Under the pieces are notes generated by a model. It worked only from the letters and a program-made list of their open reading frames with translations, was not told the origin of the DNA and made no database searches. From a virus (lineage: Duplodnaviria; Caudoviricetes), in the IMG/VR virus record IMGVR_UViG_3300032277_000029, positions 1-37,640 of that record: a stretch of 37,640 nucleotides of DNA; one strand, written 5' to 3'. Position numbers and translations under genes: made by a program. Shown here piece by piece: positions 22,872 to 32,070 of this stretch. Numbering within the stretch: position 1 is the first letter of the stretch; each line of letters begins with the position of its first letter.

Positions 22872-23780
22872 TTACGCTGCGCCGGGGGAACCCGCGATGC
22901 CGCGCCAGTCAGCCCAGCCAGCCGCATATCGCTCTGTGGCCTTCATGCAGGCGTTGTCGGTGTCAAAGTCGTTGTCCTGCGTTAGCGCCAATGCGCGGCG
23001 TTGCTGCCGGATCAGACCTTCAGGAACATCGGTTTTGACAAAGAACGCATCCGCATCAGTCAGGTAATCCCAAACAGCAACACCACCCGGCAACATGCCG
23101 AGTTTCGCCATAGCGTTAATGTCATTGTTTGCTGTGCCAGACTGATTTGTAGAAGACACAATGCGCGTGGCGTCAAACTCAAGCTCCGGGGGAACAATAA
23201 GCTTCATGCCTTTCGCCTGAATCCGCAGCCCCCGGCTATCGGTGAAACCGCGAATCAACGTCAGCAGATCCTCAAGGGATGCCTCCGACAAATCCGCCGC
23301 AACCGCCAATTCGTTAGATTGGCTACCGCTCAGGCTTGGGTGATCTGTTGCCAGAAGTTCCTTGCCATCGCCACCCGCATAAGAGGGATTGAAGCCCCGG
23401 TTGAGAATGTTGGCAAAGACGTTTTCCTTCGTCTGGCGCATAGAGCGGGCCAGCTTTGCGGATTTTTTCTTTGCCACGGACTCATATTGGTTATCTTCGA
23501 TAGCCTCTTGAGTGACCTTCGCGCCCAAGCCATAGACAACGTTGGTGATCCGCGAGGTATAACCTTGCGCATCTGTGTCATAAGAAATGCCGTTGCCCTC
23601 GGTTTTAATCGGGGCCAGACCGAAGCCTGTTTCTTCGACATATTCCTCATAAGCTTTGGTCGATGTTTGCTCATCAAACACCATATCGCAAACCATTGGC
23701 TTTTCCGCGTAGGTCTTGCCAAAGAATTTGTTAACGCCGGGCCAGAGGGCCTTTGGGTGTGAACCTGTTGTGATAGTCAT
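22872..23780 (-). CDS. Major capsid protein
   Basis: GFGLAPIKTEG, ANILNRGF, GGDGKEL, LIVPPEL, WADWRGIAGSPGA motifs; position. Confidence 0.88.
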   Translation of the reverse strand: MTITTGSHPKALWPGVNKFFGKTYAEKPMVCDMVFDEQTSTKAYEEYVEETGFGLAPIKTEGNGISYDTDAQGYTSRITNVVYGLGAKVTQEAIEDNQYESVAKKKSAKLARSMRQTKENVFANILNRGFNPSYAGGDGKELLATDHPSLSGSQSNELAVAADLSEASLEDLLTLIRGFTDSRGLRIQAKGMKLIVPPELEFDATRIVSSTNQSGTANNDINAMAKLGMLPGGVAVWDYLTDADAFFVKTDVPEGLIRQQRRALALTQDNDFDTDNACMKATERYAAGWADWRGIAGSPGAA

Positions 23781-23794
23781 GATTCAGCCCTCCA

Positions 23795-24403
23795 TTATGT
23801 ACCGGCAATGCCGGTGATTTCGGAATGGTTGTTGATGCGAACCCGGGCTTTTGCCTGGTTGCCAACCTCGTTATCAGTGCGCGGCACAAGGCCGAGAATG
23901 CGCAGTTGCAGTCCCGCCGTGGTCGCTGCGGTCGAACTATCCAGTTCCGCGCCAGATTGGCCCGTGTTGGTGTCGCCCGTGTTGGTGTAGACCACCGCCG
24001 CATTCAGACCGATGTCAGCCGCAACGATGTCTTCGTCCGCCTGAATTTCGTATTCGGTCTGAGGGTCGTCATTCACGAAAACCACGCCGCCTGTAGAAGC
24101 TGGGAGATAGCGCCGCGAAAGGTTGTCAGGGTTCGCCGCAACGCCAACGATCACGCCTGTGATCTTGTTGGTGCTGCCTGCTGTCGCCTTTTCGACTTCC
24201 GACATGGTTCCAGCGGGCATAACGCCCACGCCGGGGGCCGAAACCTCCGCCGCGTTCGCGGTGCCGGAAACGACAACGGGGTCGCCGGGGAAAAGGGCTG
24301 TGGCGTAGTCGGACGCAACCGCATAAGCGGTGACCCGTGCTTTTGACAGCCCTGATGGATGCCCTACGGCGCGAAGGCCGAAGGGAGTGTCTGCATTTGC
24401 CAT
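23795..24403 (-). CDS. Capsid decoration / minor head protein
   Basis: MANADTPFGLRAV...VNDDPQTEYEIQAD; directly upstream of the capsid gene. Confidence 0.75.
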   Translation of the reverse strand: MANADTPFGLRAVGHPSGLSKARVTAYAVASDYATALFPGDPVVVSGTANAAEVSAPGVGVMPAGTMSEVEKATAGSTNKITGVIVGVAANPDNLSRRYLPASTGGVVFVNDDPQTEYEIQADEDIVAADIGLNAAVVYTNTGDTNTGQSGAELDSSTAATTAGLQLRILGLVPRTDNEVGNQAKARVRINNHSEITGIAGT

Positions 24404-24432
24404 TTGAAAGGCTCCTTAGCTAACGCCAAGTC

Positions 24433-24879
24433 TCAACGAATGTTGATGTCCTTGACGTAATCCGATTGAGCGCCGCCTTCGCGGTCCATACCGCGTGAAA
24501 GCTGCGCCAGTTGATCATCAAGACGCGATTGCGCCTCGGCCTTATCTTCATCGAAATACGTCTTCGGTTTGCGGCACAGGTATGCTCGCAGTGGCGAGCC
24601 ATCCTTGTGCGACCCCACGACAACTGACACTGCGTTCCCCAGATCGGCGTTGTCTTCTTTCACCGATGGATCTTTCACAATATCCCAGTCGTCATGGGTT
24701 GTCTTGAGTTGCAGCCTGCCGTTCTGGGTGTCGTTAAACCACCGATAGGCAAACTGTTTGTGATTCAGCAGGTCGGGGTTAACACCCAACTTGCCGAGGG
24801 TCTGGTTAACTGCGCCTGTCGCTCGGCGGCGGCGCTGTGTTTCGCGGGTCTTGGCGGGGCTGTTATTTGTTGTATTCAT
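24433..24879 (-). CDS. Conserved head-module hypothetical protein
   Basis: RBS AAGGAG 7 nt before ATG 24879; FAYRWFND...AYLCRKP. Confidence 0.7.
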   Translation of the reverse strand: MNTTNNSPAKTRETQRRRRATGAVNQTLGKLGVNPDLLNHKQFAYRWFNDTQNGRLQLKTTHDDWDIVKDPSVKEDNADLGNAVSVVVGSHKDGSPLRAYLCRKPKTYFDEDKAEAQSRLDDQLAQLSRGMDREGGAQSDYVKDINIR

Positions 24880-25708
24880 CTGCATACTCCTTGCGGCCTG
24901 CCGCCGTATCTTCAAAAATCCCTTGTCCTGCGAAGCGTTTGAACGCTTGCTTTGCATCGGGGGGCAGCTTGTCGAAGGCTGTTCGCCCGCCCGCTCCACC
25001 TAATCCGCCAGCGTCAACAACTTGGCGAGGTGGCGTTTTTTCCTTTGCTTTTGGCTCAGGGAAATATGCCGGGTACATCTTGCGGATTTCCGCCTCTGCA
25101 TAGGCAATTTGATCCGCTGGCGCTGCCGCCAGAATGACCGGATTAGACTGCACAAGCTGCGCGGCGGTCTGTCCCAAGATGGGATTTTTAAGCCATGCCC
25201 CTGCCTCTGAGTTGCGGTAAGCCTCAACCTCTGCCGGGGTTTGTGGTTGGGCGGTTGGTGCAGCCTGTGAAAGCAATTCCTGTTCACGGGTGTTTGCAAT
25301 CTTATAGGCGTCCATGTCGCCTTCTTCGGCGGCGCGGTCGCGCTCCTGCCGAACCCGCTCAACCTCTGCCTCATGCTTTTCACGCTGGCGGCGCAGTGCC
25401 ATTTCATTGACCTGCTCAAGCCCCTTGGTGGTGCTTTCCAGCCGCTCAGACATTGTTGAGAAAATGCGGGATCGCTTTACACGCCCCAGAAAGTCCTCTG
25501 GATTGTCGATGTAGCCCTTGGGCATTTCGCCCTGCCATTCATCAGGGGATTTCCACCCGAACAATCGGGCCTCTTCCTCATCCTCAGAAGACCATGAAGG
25601 CTGCTCTTGAACCTGCTCTTGAGGCTCTTCTTGAATTTCGGTCGTATCTTCGGCGGGTTCAACAATGACTTCCGCCTCGTCAACGATTTGCTCCTGCGTA
25701 TCGGTCAT
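24863..25708 (-). CDS. Capsid scaffolding protein
   Basis: Acidic N-terminus, EARLFGWKSPDEW, coiled coil, FDKLPPDAK C-terminus. Confidence 0.75.
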   Translation of the reverse strand: MTDTQEQIVDEAEVIVEPAEDTTEIQEEPQEQVQEQPSWSSEDEEEARLFGWKSPDEWQGEMPKGYIDNPEDFLGRVKRSRIFSTMSERLESTTKGLEQVNEMALRRQREKHEAEVERVRQERDRAAEEGDMDAYKIANTREQELLSQAAPTAQPQTPAEVEAYRNSEAGAWLKNPILGQTAAQLVQSNPVILAAAPADQIAYAEAEIRKMYPAYFPEPKAKEKTPPRQVVDAGGLGGAGGRTAFDKLPPDAKQAFKRFAGQGIFEDTAAGRKEYADEYNK

Positions 25709-26028
25709 GCCAGAACCCCCGCAATCGAGGTATCTTTCATCAACCAATATTTGTCGCCATCGCGACCTTTGATTTCGGTTGCTTGATACCGAGAAAAGAC
25801 CACCGCATCACCCTCTTTGGGCTTGGGCGCGTCCTCCGGCCAATCGGGGTAGTTATAACGAAACGCGCCAGCGGATACGGCAATCAAATCACCCTCCATC
25901 TGCCCGAATTGTTCACGTTCCTTGGTGTCGTCGGGGAGGTACAAACCGCCCGCTGTCTTATCCTCAACCACCTTTGGGCGGACAAGGACATTATCCCACA
26001 TCGGGGTAATCCCACTTTTGTTCATCAT
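25705..26028 (-). CDS. groES: Co-chaperonin GroES/Cpn10
   Basis: PMWDNVLVRP...KTAGGLYLPD mobile loop...KEGDAVVFSRY...LMKDTSIAGV. Confidence 0.9.
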   Translation of the reverse strand: MMNKSGITPMWDNVLVRPKVVEDKTAGGLYLPDDTKEREQFGQMEGDLIAVSAGAFRYNYPDWPEDAPKPKEGDAVVFSRYQATEIKGRDGDKYWLMKDTSIAGVLA

Positions 26029-26266
26029 CGTCCTCTAGCTCTGCTCTGATTTCTTCTGCGGTGGCGTCAAAGAAGGCCCCCACCCATGCCTCTACGTTCT
26101 GCAAAACCCTGCGGTCCTCCTGCGGGTTGTTGCCCGCCCAGAAGGCCGCTAAGACCGCCTCCCGCTTGCGCTGCACCACGTTCTCCATAGCCTCTTTCAA
26201 GGCCACCGTTACCGGGTGTTCCCGCCATTCCTCCACTTGATCCGAGGATATTTTCCAATCCGACAC
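25991..26266 (-). CDS. Small head-module protein overlapping the portal 3' end
   Basis: RBS GGAGG before GTG; EEWREHPVT motif. Confidence 0.7.
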   Translation of the reverse strand: MSDWKISSDQVEEWREHPVTVALKEAMENVVQRKREAVLAAFWAGNNPQEDRRVLQNVEAWVGAFFDATAEEIRAELEDDDEQKWDYPDVG

Positions 26267-28250
26267 GATTTGCCTCCAACGTCTTCATCAATGCGTCTAA
26301 CTTCGTCTTTTTGGCTTCATTGGCGGTGCGCAATGTCTCATTTTGCGCCGATGCCATATCCTTAATTGCCCCGGCGCGGGCCTCTTCAACCTGCGCCATT
26401 GTCAATTGGATCTTCGCCAGCTTCTCTGCCACATCAGCCTCCGCCGCCTTCATGCCGAGCATTTGCATCTGATGCGCCATTGGATCGGGTTGAACTGCCA
26501 GCTTTTCAACATCTGGAATGTCCATGGCCTCGGCAACACGGGCCAGCGCCTCGCCGCGATCCACAAGGCCCTGATCGGCCAATTGCATGATCAATTGTGC
26601 CTTTGCGGCCTGCTGCATTTTGGTGACTGTCTGCGGGTCAGCCACGGGCTGAATATCCAAATCAGACAGATCGTAATCTTTGGCCGGGTCAAGTGCTGGC
26701 CCGCCATTGTGTCCCATCTGAGATTGCGCGTCATGAAACCTGTTGTAAGCCTCGGCGTCCACAGTTTGCCCGTTCATTTCGGCAATCAGTTTGTATTCAC
26801 GCTTTAGGCTGCGAAAAATCCGCTTATAGGCAGCGGTAAACACCATCATGCCCTGCTCGATCAGCGCGAGTGTTGCTGTCGCTGTCTGGTTCTGGCGAGG
26901 TGCCTCCCCCGTGATTACGTCCTTAACGCTGGCAATCTCACGCCCTGCGTCGATCAGCATCCCAAGCATTTGAAACAGCGTGGCGTCTGGCTGTGGGTAT
27001 GTCATCGGCACAATTGACGTGCGAATGTCGCGGCCCTCTGTAGGTGTCATTTTCCATTCACCGGGCCGGAACATCTGGTTGCCGCCGCGCAGGCGCATTT
27101 CGGAACCAATCCAGCCACCGCCGAGGGCAGAATAATGCCCCGCGTCCAACATCAGATTCATGATGCTGTTAATGGTCTTGGAAATATCCCCCAGCAGCAG
27201 GCCAAGGCCAGTGCCGTGAAAGCCGCCATCCATACCAGGCATAAACTGGAAAGGCACGAAATATGACCCGCGACGAATGGAAAGGATTTTTGACGCGACC
27301 TCCTCTTCATGTACTTGCTGCACTGGAACCACTTCGCCCGTATTGGGGTCAGTCATTGGCACAACCGAAACCCGCTGCACTTTTTCTGTCTCAAAATCCA
27401 CGTCACGCGGCGAAAAGTCTGCGACAATGCGCACAACCGTCTGCGTTTCCATGTGGATCGTCACAACGTATGGCTCTGGGTATTCGTCCTCATCCAGATC
27501 AATACGTGTATGCTGTTCGATAAATTCCTGCGGGGCTTGGCTGTCCTGCCCGTCTTTTGGCATGTCAAAGCGTACAAACTCGCCCGCCCGAATGCGCTTT
27601 TCCACCTCTACCGGATACAGTGACAATTCCTCGGTGACACGCGGGGCATCCGAAAGGTGCTTTACCTTGTTGTTGACGATAAATTTGCCCGGTTCGATCA
27701 AACGGCACCGAGGGCGCTTGAGGGACGTGTCATACCACCATTTGCGGGTAACACTGCCCACAATGGGCAGAATGACCAACAGCTTGTCAGTTTCCTCCTC
27801 CCATTCCTCAACATTGCCTGACAACTGCCATGACATATGCTCAGAAACGCGATCACCACGCGCAGCCTTTGACCCGTCAGGGTCTTCGCCCCAGACCTTT
27901 GATTTCACCACCCGATCAGGGGAAACAATCGCCGGGTATGCCCGCGCATTGAATTGAAGCGCCGCCGATGTAATCAGCGGATATTTGACGTTTGCCGCAC
28001 CCTTAAACGGGTAGTTCTTTTCCTCCTTAACCAGCTTGGCAAGATCAAGACCGCTTTCCATCTGGGCGAACCAGTCAGACATGGAGTCTTTGTCAATCTC
28101 ATAGTCCGCAATCGCGTTCTGAGAGATTTCCATAAGCTGCTCGTCAGCCATTTCGGCGGCGAGGTTTTGCGACGATGTTACAAGCTGGACAAACTCATCG
28201 GGTGCGATGGCCTGCTGCTCGTCTTCGGCGCTTTGGTCTTCAATATCCAT
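26067..28250 (-). CDS. Portal protein (P22-like)
   Basis: 727 aa directly after TerL; PFKGAANVKYPLI; Gln/Ala-rich helical C-terminus. Confidence 0.88.
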   Translation of the reverse strand: MDIEDQSAEDEQQAIAPDEFVQLVTSSQNLAAEMADEQLMEISQNAIADYEIDKDSMSDWFAQMESGLDLAKLVKEEKNYPFKGAANVKYPLITSAALQFNARAYPAIVSPDRVVKSKVWGEDPDGSKAARGDRVSEHMSWQLSGNVEEWEEETDKLLVILPIVGSVTRKWWYDTSLKRPRCRLIEPGKFIVNNKVKHLSDAPRVTEELSLYPVEVEKRIRAGEFVRFDMPKDGQDSQAPQEFIEQHTRIDLDEDEYPEPYVVTIHMETQTVVRIVADFSPRDVDFETEKVQRVSVVPMTDPNTGEVVPVQQVHEEEVASKILSIRRGSYFVPFQFMPGMDGGFHGTGLGLLLGDISKTINSIMNLMLDAGHYSALGGGWIGSEMRLRGGNQMFRPGEWKMTPTEGRDIRTSIVPMTYPQPDATLFQMLGMLIDAGREIASVKDVITGEAPRQNQTATATLALIEQGMMVFTAAYKRIFRSLKREYKLIAEMNGQTVDAEAYNRFHDAQSQMGHNGGPALDPAKDYDLSDLDIQPVADPQTVTKMQQAAKAQLIMQLADQGLVDRGEALARVAEAMDIPDVEKLAVQPDPMAHQMQMLGMKAAEADVAEKLAKIQLTMAQVEEARAGAIKDMASAQNETLRTANEAKKTKLDALMKTLEANRVGLENILGSSGGMAGTPGNGGLERGYGERGAAQAGGGLSGLLGGQQPAGGPQGFAERRGMGGGLL

Positions 28251-29569
28251 CAGTACCCCGTGGTGTCATCGCGGCCAAAATCGCGCTCATCGTAATCGTC
28301 AAAGTCATCCTGCGGAGGCGCGGCCAAGTCCGGGAATAGATCAGTGAAGGCCCATACAAGAGCATCCACACGGTCAGGCGAGTAGCCCGCCGCTTTCCTG
28401 TCAAACCCTGTCGTGAAGCTGCACATCTGGTCCTCAAGCTCTGAGAACTCGCCAACATGATAAATCTTGCCACGCTCATAAAGCGCCGCTACTGGCTCTG
28501 CCCGCACCAATTTAGAGCGGGTCGCCCTAACGCCCCGGTAAGGGACATGGCTCCGAATGGCACGAATGGTGTTTTCCACCATGTCGCCGCCTTGGTTAAT
28601 TTCGGCAACAATCCTATCAGCACCGAGGCTATCCATCGCCGCCAAAGCCTGCCGCGCCCAATCTTCGGCGCGATATTTGCCGCTTGCGTCCTCTAAAACG
28701 TAACCGTTGCCAGCCGCATCAACACCCGCCGCCACAATTCCAGTTTCATCAGACCCTGGCTCAGTCGATATTGCCGGGTCAATCGCAACGACAATGCGCT
28801 TGAGCGGCGGCACGTTCTGTATCCTGATGATCTTGGAGCGCCGCCATAGAGCGTCCTCAAGGTCTTCGAGGTAGGTGCCATCGTAAAAGCGCCGTTTCGC
28901 CCGTGGCGGCAGCGCCCGAAGGTCGTTCATGTATTCTTGAGACAGGTTTTCGGAGTTGTCGAACGGGTTAACAACAACATGCCCGTATTGATCCATATCA
29001 ACAGGCGTCTGGCTGTCGGGCTCAATGCCATCAATCCAGAGGCGGTAGGTCCAGTGCTGGCGCGTTGTTGGGTTGAGATCCACATAGAACCGCTGCGAAA
29101 GCGGCTTTCCGTTGATCTTACTTGCGGTCTGAGCGAGGCGAGAACGCAGAAGCGTGAAAGCCTTATATCGGCACTCCGAAGCCTCATTCATGTAAATCGT
29201 GGCGTATTCGTTGCCAAGTATCTTTTCCAGCGCCTTGTCATCGTTCAAGCCGCCAACCCAAACTTCCGAACCGTTGGGGAGCGTGTAATACCCATATTGC
29301 TCGTGCCACTTGGCGTCCAAGCCGGGGAAACGTATCTTGACGACTTCGGGCCATGTGCCTTTGACAATCGCCCGTTTGGCTGATGTGCCTTCCTGCCTCA
29401 CAATGAGGTGCCGGGAATTGGGAGCAAGCAACGCCCGCTCAATAACCGTCCCGACCAAATCAAATGTCTTACCGCTGCGCGATCCGCCATAAACCAGACA
29501 GAAGCGTTTGCCTGCGGTTAATAGTTCCTTGCGGGCGCGTTCCTGCCCCGCGTTGCGCTTATAGGTCAA
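28250..29569 (-). CDS. terL: Terminase large subunit
   Basis: Walker A YGGSRSGKT, Walker B IYMNEA, DLNP, nuclease motifs VAIDPA/DETG/SPDRVDA. Confidence 0.95.
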   Translation of the reverse strand: MTYKRNAGQERARKELLTAGKRFCLVYGGSRSGKTFDLVGTVIERALLAPNSRHLIVRQEGTSAKRAIVKGTWPEVVKIRFPGLDAKWHEQYGYYTLPNGSEVWVGGLNDDKALEKILGNEYATIYMNEASECRYKAFTLLRSRLAQTASKINGKPLSQRFYVDLNPTTRQHWTYRLWIDGIEPDSQTPVDMDQYGHVVVNPFDNSENLSQEYMNDLRALPPRAKRRFYDGTYLEDLEDALWRRSKIIRIQNVPPLKRIVVAIDPAISTEPGSDETGIVAAGVDAAGNGYVLEDASGKYRAEDWARQALAAMDSLGADRIVAEINQGGDMVENTIRAIRSHVPYRGVRATRSKLVRAEPVAALYERGKIYHVGEFSELEDQMCSFTTGFDRKAAGYSPDRVDALVWAFTDLFPDLAAPPQDDFDDYDERDFGRDDTTGY

Positions 29570-30006
29570 AGGTCGTCCGCATCGCTTTCGAGCGTAACGG
29601 TGAAATTGCCAGAGTGGTTTAGGTCCAGCTTGTCGCCATAAATCTTAGGTAGCGTTTTACTGAGCATCCACTTCCGGGTATCAACCCTTAAACGCGACCT
29701 GCCTAGCGCCTCGCCGTTGACTTGCCAGCCTGCGGTTTCATCGCCATTCCGTTCCATCCAATCATTTGAACCATCGTCGCTGATTTCCATCAACTCATCG
29801 GCCATCTTATGATAGCCAATCTCTCTGGCTCTTGCGTAATGCGCAGCAAACCCTTGCCGATCATCAAGCGCCCAAAGCCGAACCGTGCTTTCTGGGGGCA
29901 TGTTGTCTTGCCTGCAAGCCTCGCGGAGCGTCATGCCCTCTGCAAGGTATGTGCAAACTCGATCAGCTTTTTCCTGTGTGTACGTACTCGCCTCGCCTGT
30001 CGGCAT
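29566..30006 (-). CDS. terS: Terminase small subunit (Sf6/P22-type)
   Basis: YTQEKADRVCTYLAEGMTLREAC...RLRVDTRKWMLSKTLPKIYGDK. Confidence 0.92.
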   Translation of the reverse strand: MPTGEASTYTQEKADRVCTYLAEGMTLREACRQDNMPPESTVRLWALDDRQGFAAHYARAREIGYHKMADELMEISDDGSNDWMERNGDETAGWQVNGEALGRSRLRVDTRKWMLSKTLPKIYGDKLDLNHSGNFTVTLESDADDL

Positions 30007-30104
30007 GGTGCAACCTCACGTCATCATTTTTGGAGGGGCATAGAATAAAAGCGCATGAGCCTTAGCCCTGCGTTTGGTCTATCCTGTTGAAAGTCTGGAA
30101 ATGC

Positions 30105-30138
30105 AAAAAAGGCGCAATCCTTTCGGACGCGCCCCTTT
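30105..30138 (-). terminator. Intrinsic terminator in the late leader (tR'-like)
   Basis: GGGGCGCGTCC-GAAA-GGATTGCGCC followed by TTTTTT. Confidence 0.8.
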
Positions 30139-30164
30139 AAGCGGTTTTCTTTCCGCCTATGGCG

Positions 30165-30192
30165 ATTATACACACGATAGTTGAACTGGCAA
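30165..30192 (-). promoter_or_regulatory. Late promoter TTGCCA-N16-TATAAT (pR'-like)
   Basis: Near-consensus sigma70 hexamers upstream of terS. Confidence 0.75.
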
Positions 30193-30195
30193 CCC

Positions 30196-30807
30196 TCAAC
30201 CCACAACATCTGCCAAAGCCAACAATGCATCGAAGGTATACAGACCCGCGCTTGTCGCTATGCCCTCATCCCAAAGCAACTTGCCGTTGCCCCGCTCGGC
30301 CTGCCGCAATGCGCTTGCCTGATGCGCCGTTAGGCAACCCAAGTGGCCCTGCCATCGCATCCAGTTGCTTACCGCGTCCCTGTCGCGCTCATCCTGTGAC
30401 CGCATGTCAACGCTGGCGGATTGGTCCGACTGCATTGGTTCCGGCACCATCTGAATAGCCGCACCTTGGGGGTCGCCAGTCGTGCCGATGTAGCGGATGC
30501 GGTAGGTGCGCTCTGCCATCGAATATTGCTGCCATAGGCTCCAAAGCTGCGCCGCCTCATCCCGCTTTAGCTTAGAAGCGATGATACAGCCCAATTCTGA
30601 GGTCAGCATGGGGGCATTGGCATCATCCAAGCTACCCTTGCCGCCCATCCGCCTTTGACGCGCTGTAAGGGCCGTTTTTCTGGGGTCGTCGTCGCGGGCG
30701 AATTTACCCGCGACCCGGTGCTGTTGCGGCCTTTCGATGGGTGCCAACTGCGGTAGCGCCTTCTTGGCCCGCCGCTTTGCTGCTTTGCTGTATGCCTTGA
30801 TGCTCAT
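30196..30807 (-). CDS. Hypothetical protein in the late-regulator (Q) position
   Basis: 203 aa with basic N-terminus; ends 3 nt before the late promoter -35. Confidence 0.75.
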   Translation of the reverse strand: MSIKAYSKAAKRRAKKALPQLAPIERPQQHRVAGKFARDDDPRKTALTARQRRMGGKGSLDDANAPMLTSELGCIIASKLKRDEAAQLWSLWQQYSMAERTYRIRYIGTTGDPQGAAIQMVPEPMQSDQSASVDMRSQDERDRDAVSNWMRWQGHLGCLTAHQASALRQAERGNGKLLWDEGIATSAGLYTFDALLALADVVG

Positions 30808-31037
30808 CCAAACACCCTTTCCGCTATTGCCTCATCTGTCAGTTGCGCCTCAAGATCAGCCCTGTTGGCCTGTAGCCAATCCACCATGCCTTGAAGCGTA
30901 TCCACGCGCTTGTTGAGCCGCGCCTTTTCAACCTGATCTGCCTTCCAATGCTCGGCCTGTACGTTGATCTGCTCAATCAGCTTTGCGTTTTCCGCCTGTA
31001 GTTGTTCTGCCTCTTCTGGGGTCACACCTTGCTCCAT
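30804..31037 (-). CDS. Coiled-coil hypothetical protein
   Basis: Heptad pattern; ATGA coupling. Confidence 0.65.
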   Translation of the reverse strand: MEQGVTPEEAEQLQAENAKLIEQINVQAEHWKADQVEKARLNKRVDTLQGMVDWLQANRADLEAQLTDEAIAERVFG

Positions 31038-31396
31038 TTCAGCTTGTTCGCTGGCCCGTGCTTTTGAACAACGTCGCGCTCATGCAACCGCTTGAGGCAA
31101 TGACGGATGGCCTCTGATGATCTGTCGATGCGCTGCGCAATCTGCTTTGCCGTGATGGGCTGTTCTGCCGCGCTGATAACCGCAAGGACCATTGCCGCCG
31201 TTCCGGTGCGCTGTCCGCACTTGTGGTGCTTGAGGCGTGACGCAACTTGGCTGACCTTTGCATCGGGGCTGCGCATCTTTGCCGCAAACCATTCCTCTGC
31301 GCCCTTGGGCAAGTCAGGCAGATCCGCAGGCCGTGCTGCCGCTGCTTGGTTTGCCGCCTGCTCGTGCTTGCGGTCCATTCTGTGAGATAGGTTCAC
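31022..31396 (-). CDS. Winged-helix DNA-binding protein
   Basis: GTG at 31396 after AAGGAG; PITAKQIAQRIDRSSEAIRHCLKRL. Confidence 0.7.
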   Translation of the reverse strand: MNLSHRMDRKHEQAANQAAAARPADLPDLPKGAEEWFAAKMRSPDAKVSQVASRLKHHKCGQRTGTAAMVLAVISAAEQPITAKQIAQRIDRSSEAIRHCLKRLHERDVVQKHGPANKLKWSKV

Positions 31397-32070
31397 TTGA
31401 TCTGCTCCTTTGCTTGCTTGATTGCGCCTGCCGCGTAGCCCAGCCCGATCAGGTAGGCTTCGTTCCACCCCTCCATCAGCAGCCGCTTGCAGTAGGCCAC
31501 CTGTGCGGCCTGCGCCTCGGTCTGGCGGGGTTTCTCGCCCTGCCCTACGGGTGGGTTGTTCTCGCCGAAAAAGGTATATTCATCGAAGGCGTCCAGATCT
31601 TTTCTGGCTTTTTCGTAGGCCGCAACTGCCGCCTTCTGGGTGTCGAAATATCCAAGGTTCTTATTTTTGCCAAACCTGCGGATCCTTGATGTCCACTTTC
31701 CTGATTTCTTGTGGTGGTGCGCCTTTATTGGCTTCAAATTGTGATGGTTAAGCCTCTTAGGGATGCAGCGAAGGTTATCTAAACGGTTATCAGTCGGGTC
31801 GCGATTAATGTGGTCTATGACAAACCCAACAGGGATTTTCCCAAAGTGCATTTTCCATATAACACGATGCACCCGCTCTCGATTTCCATCGAAATGCACC
31901 TCTGAGTACCCGTCAGCCCTCAAGCTTCCTGCGGGGCATCCAACGCGTCGATTTTTCCCTGATTTGGCCCAAACTAATTGACCGTTAGTGTATGAAAAAT
32001 ACTCCCAGTAATCCGGCAAATCACCAGGCTTGAATTTAAGATCGCTTTCGATAAAGCCGCGCTTGTTCAT
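31393..32070 (-). CDS. HNH endonuclease with AP2-like domain, fused to an unrelated C-terminal tail
   Basis: VHRVIW...IDHINRDPTDNRLDNLR (HNH); KWTSRI...NLGYFDTQKAAVAAY (AP2-like). Confidence 0.9.
   Translation of the reverse strand: MNKRGFIESDLKFKPGDLPDYWEYFSYTNGQLVWAKSGKNRRVGCPAGSLRADGYSEVHFDGNRERVHRVIWKMHFGKIPVGFVIDHINRDPTDNRLDNLRCIPKRLNHHNLKPIKAHHHKKSGKWTSRIRRFGKNKNLGYFDTQKAAVAAYEKARKDLDAFDEYTFFGENNPPVGQGEKPRQTEAQAAQVAYCKRLLMEGWNEAYLIGLGYAAGAIKQAKEQIK

Noticed and set aside
13774-29492. Long + strand ORFs opposite the structural genes (e.g. 13826-14614, 18271-19095, 23001-23762, 27277-27957)
   Set aside because: Antisense shadows typical of GC-rich coding DNA; no motifs or RBS, and the - strand genes are well supported
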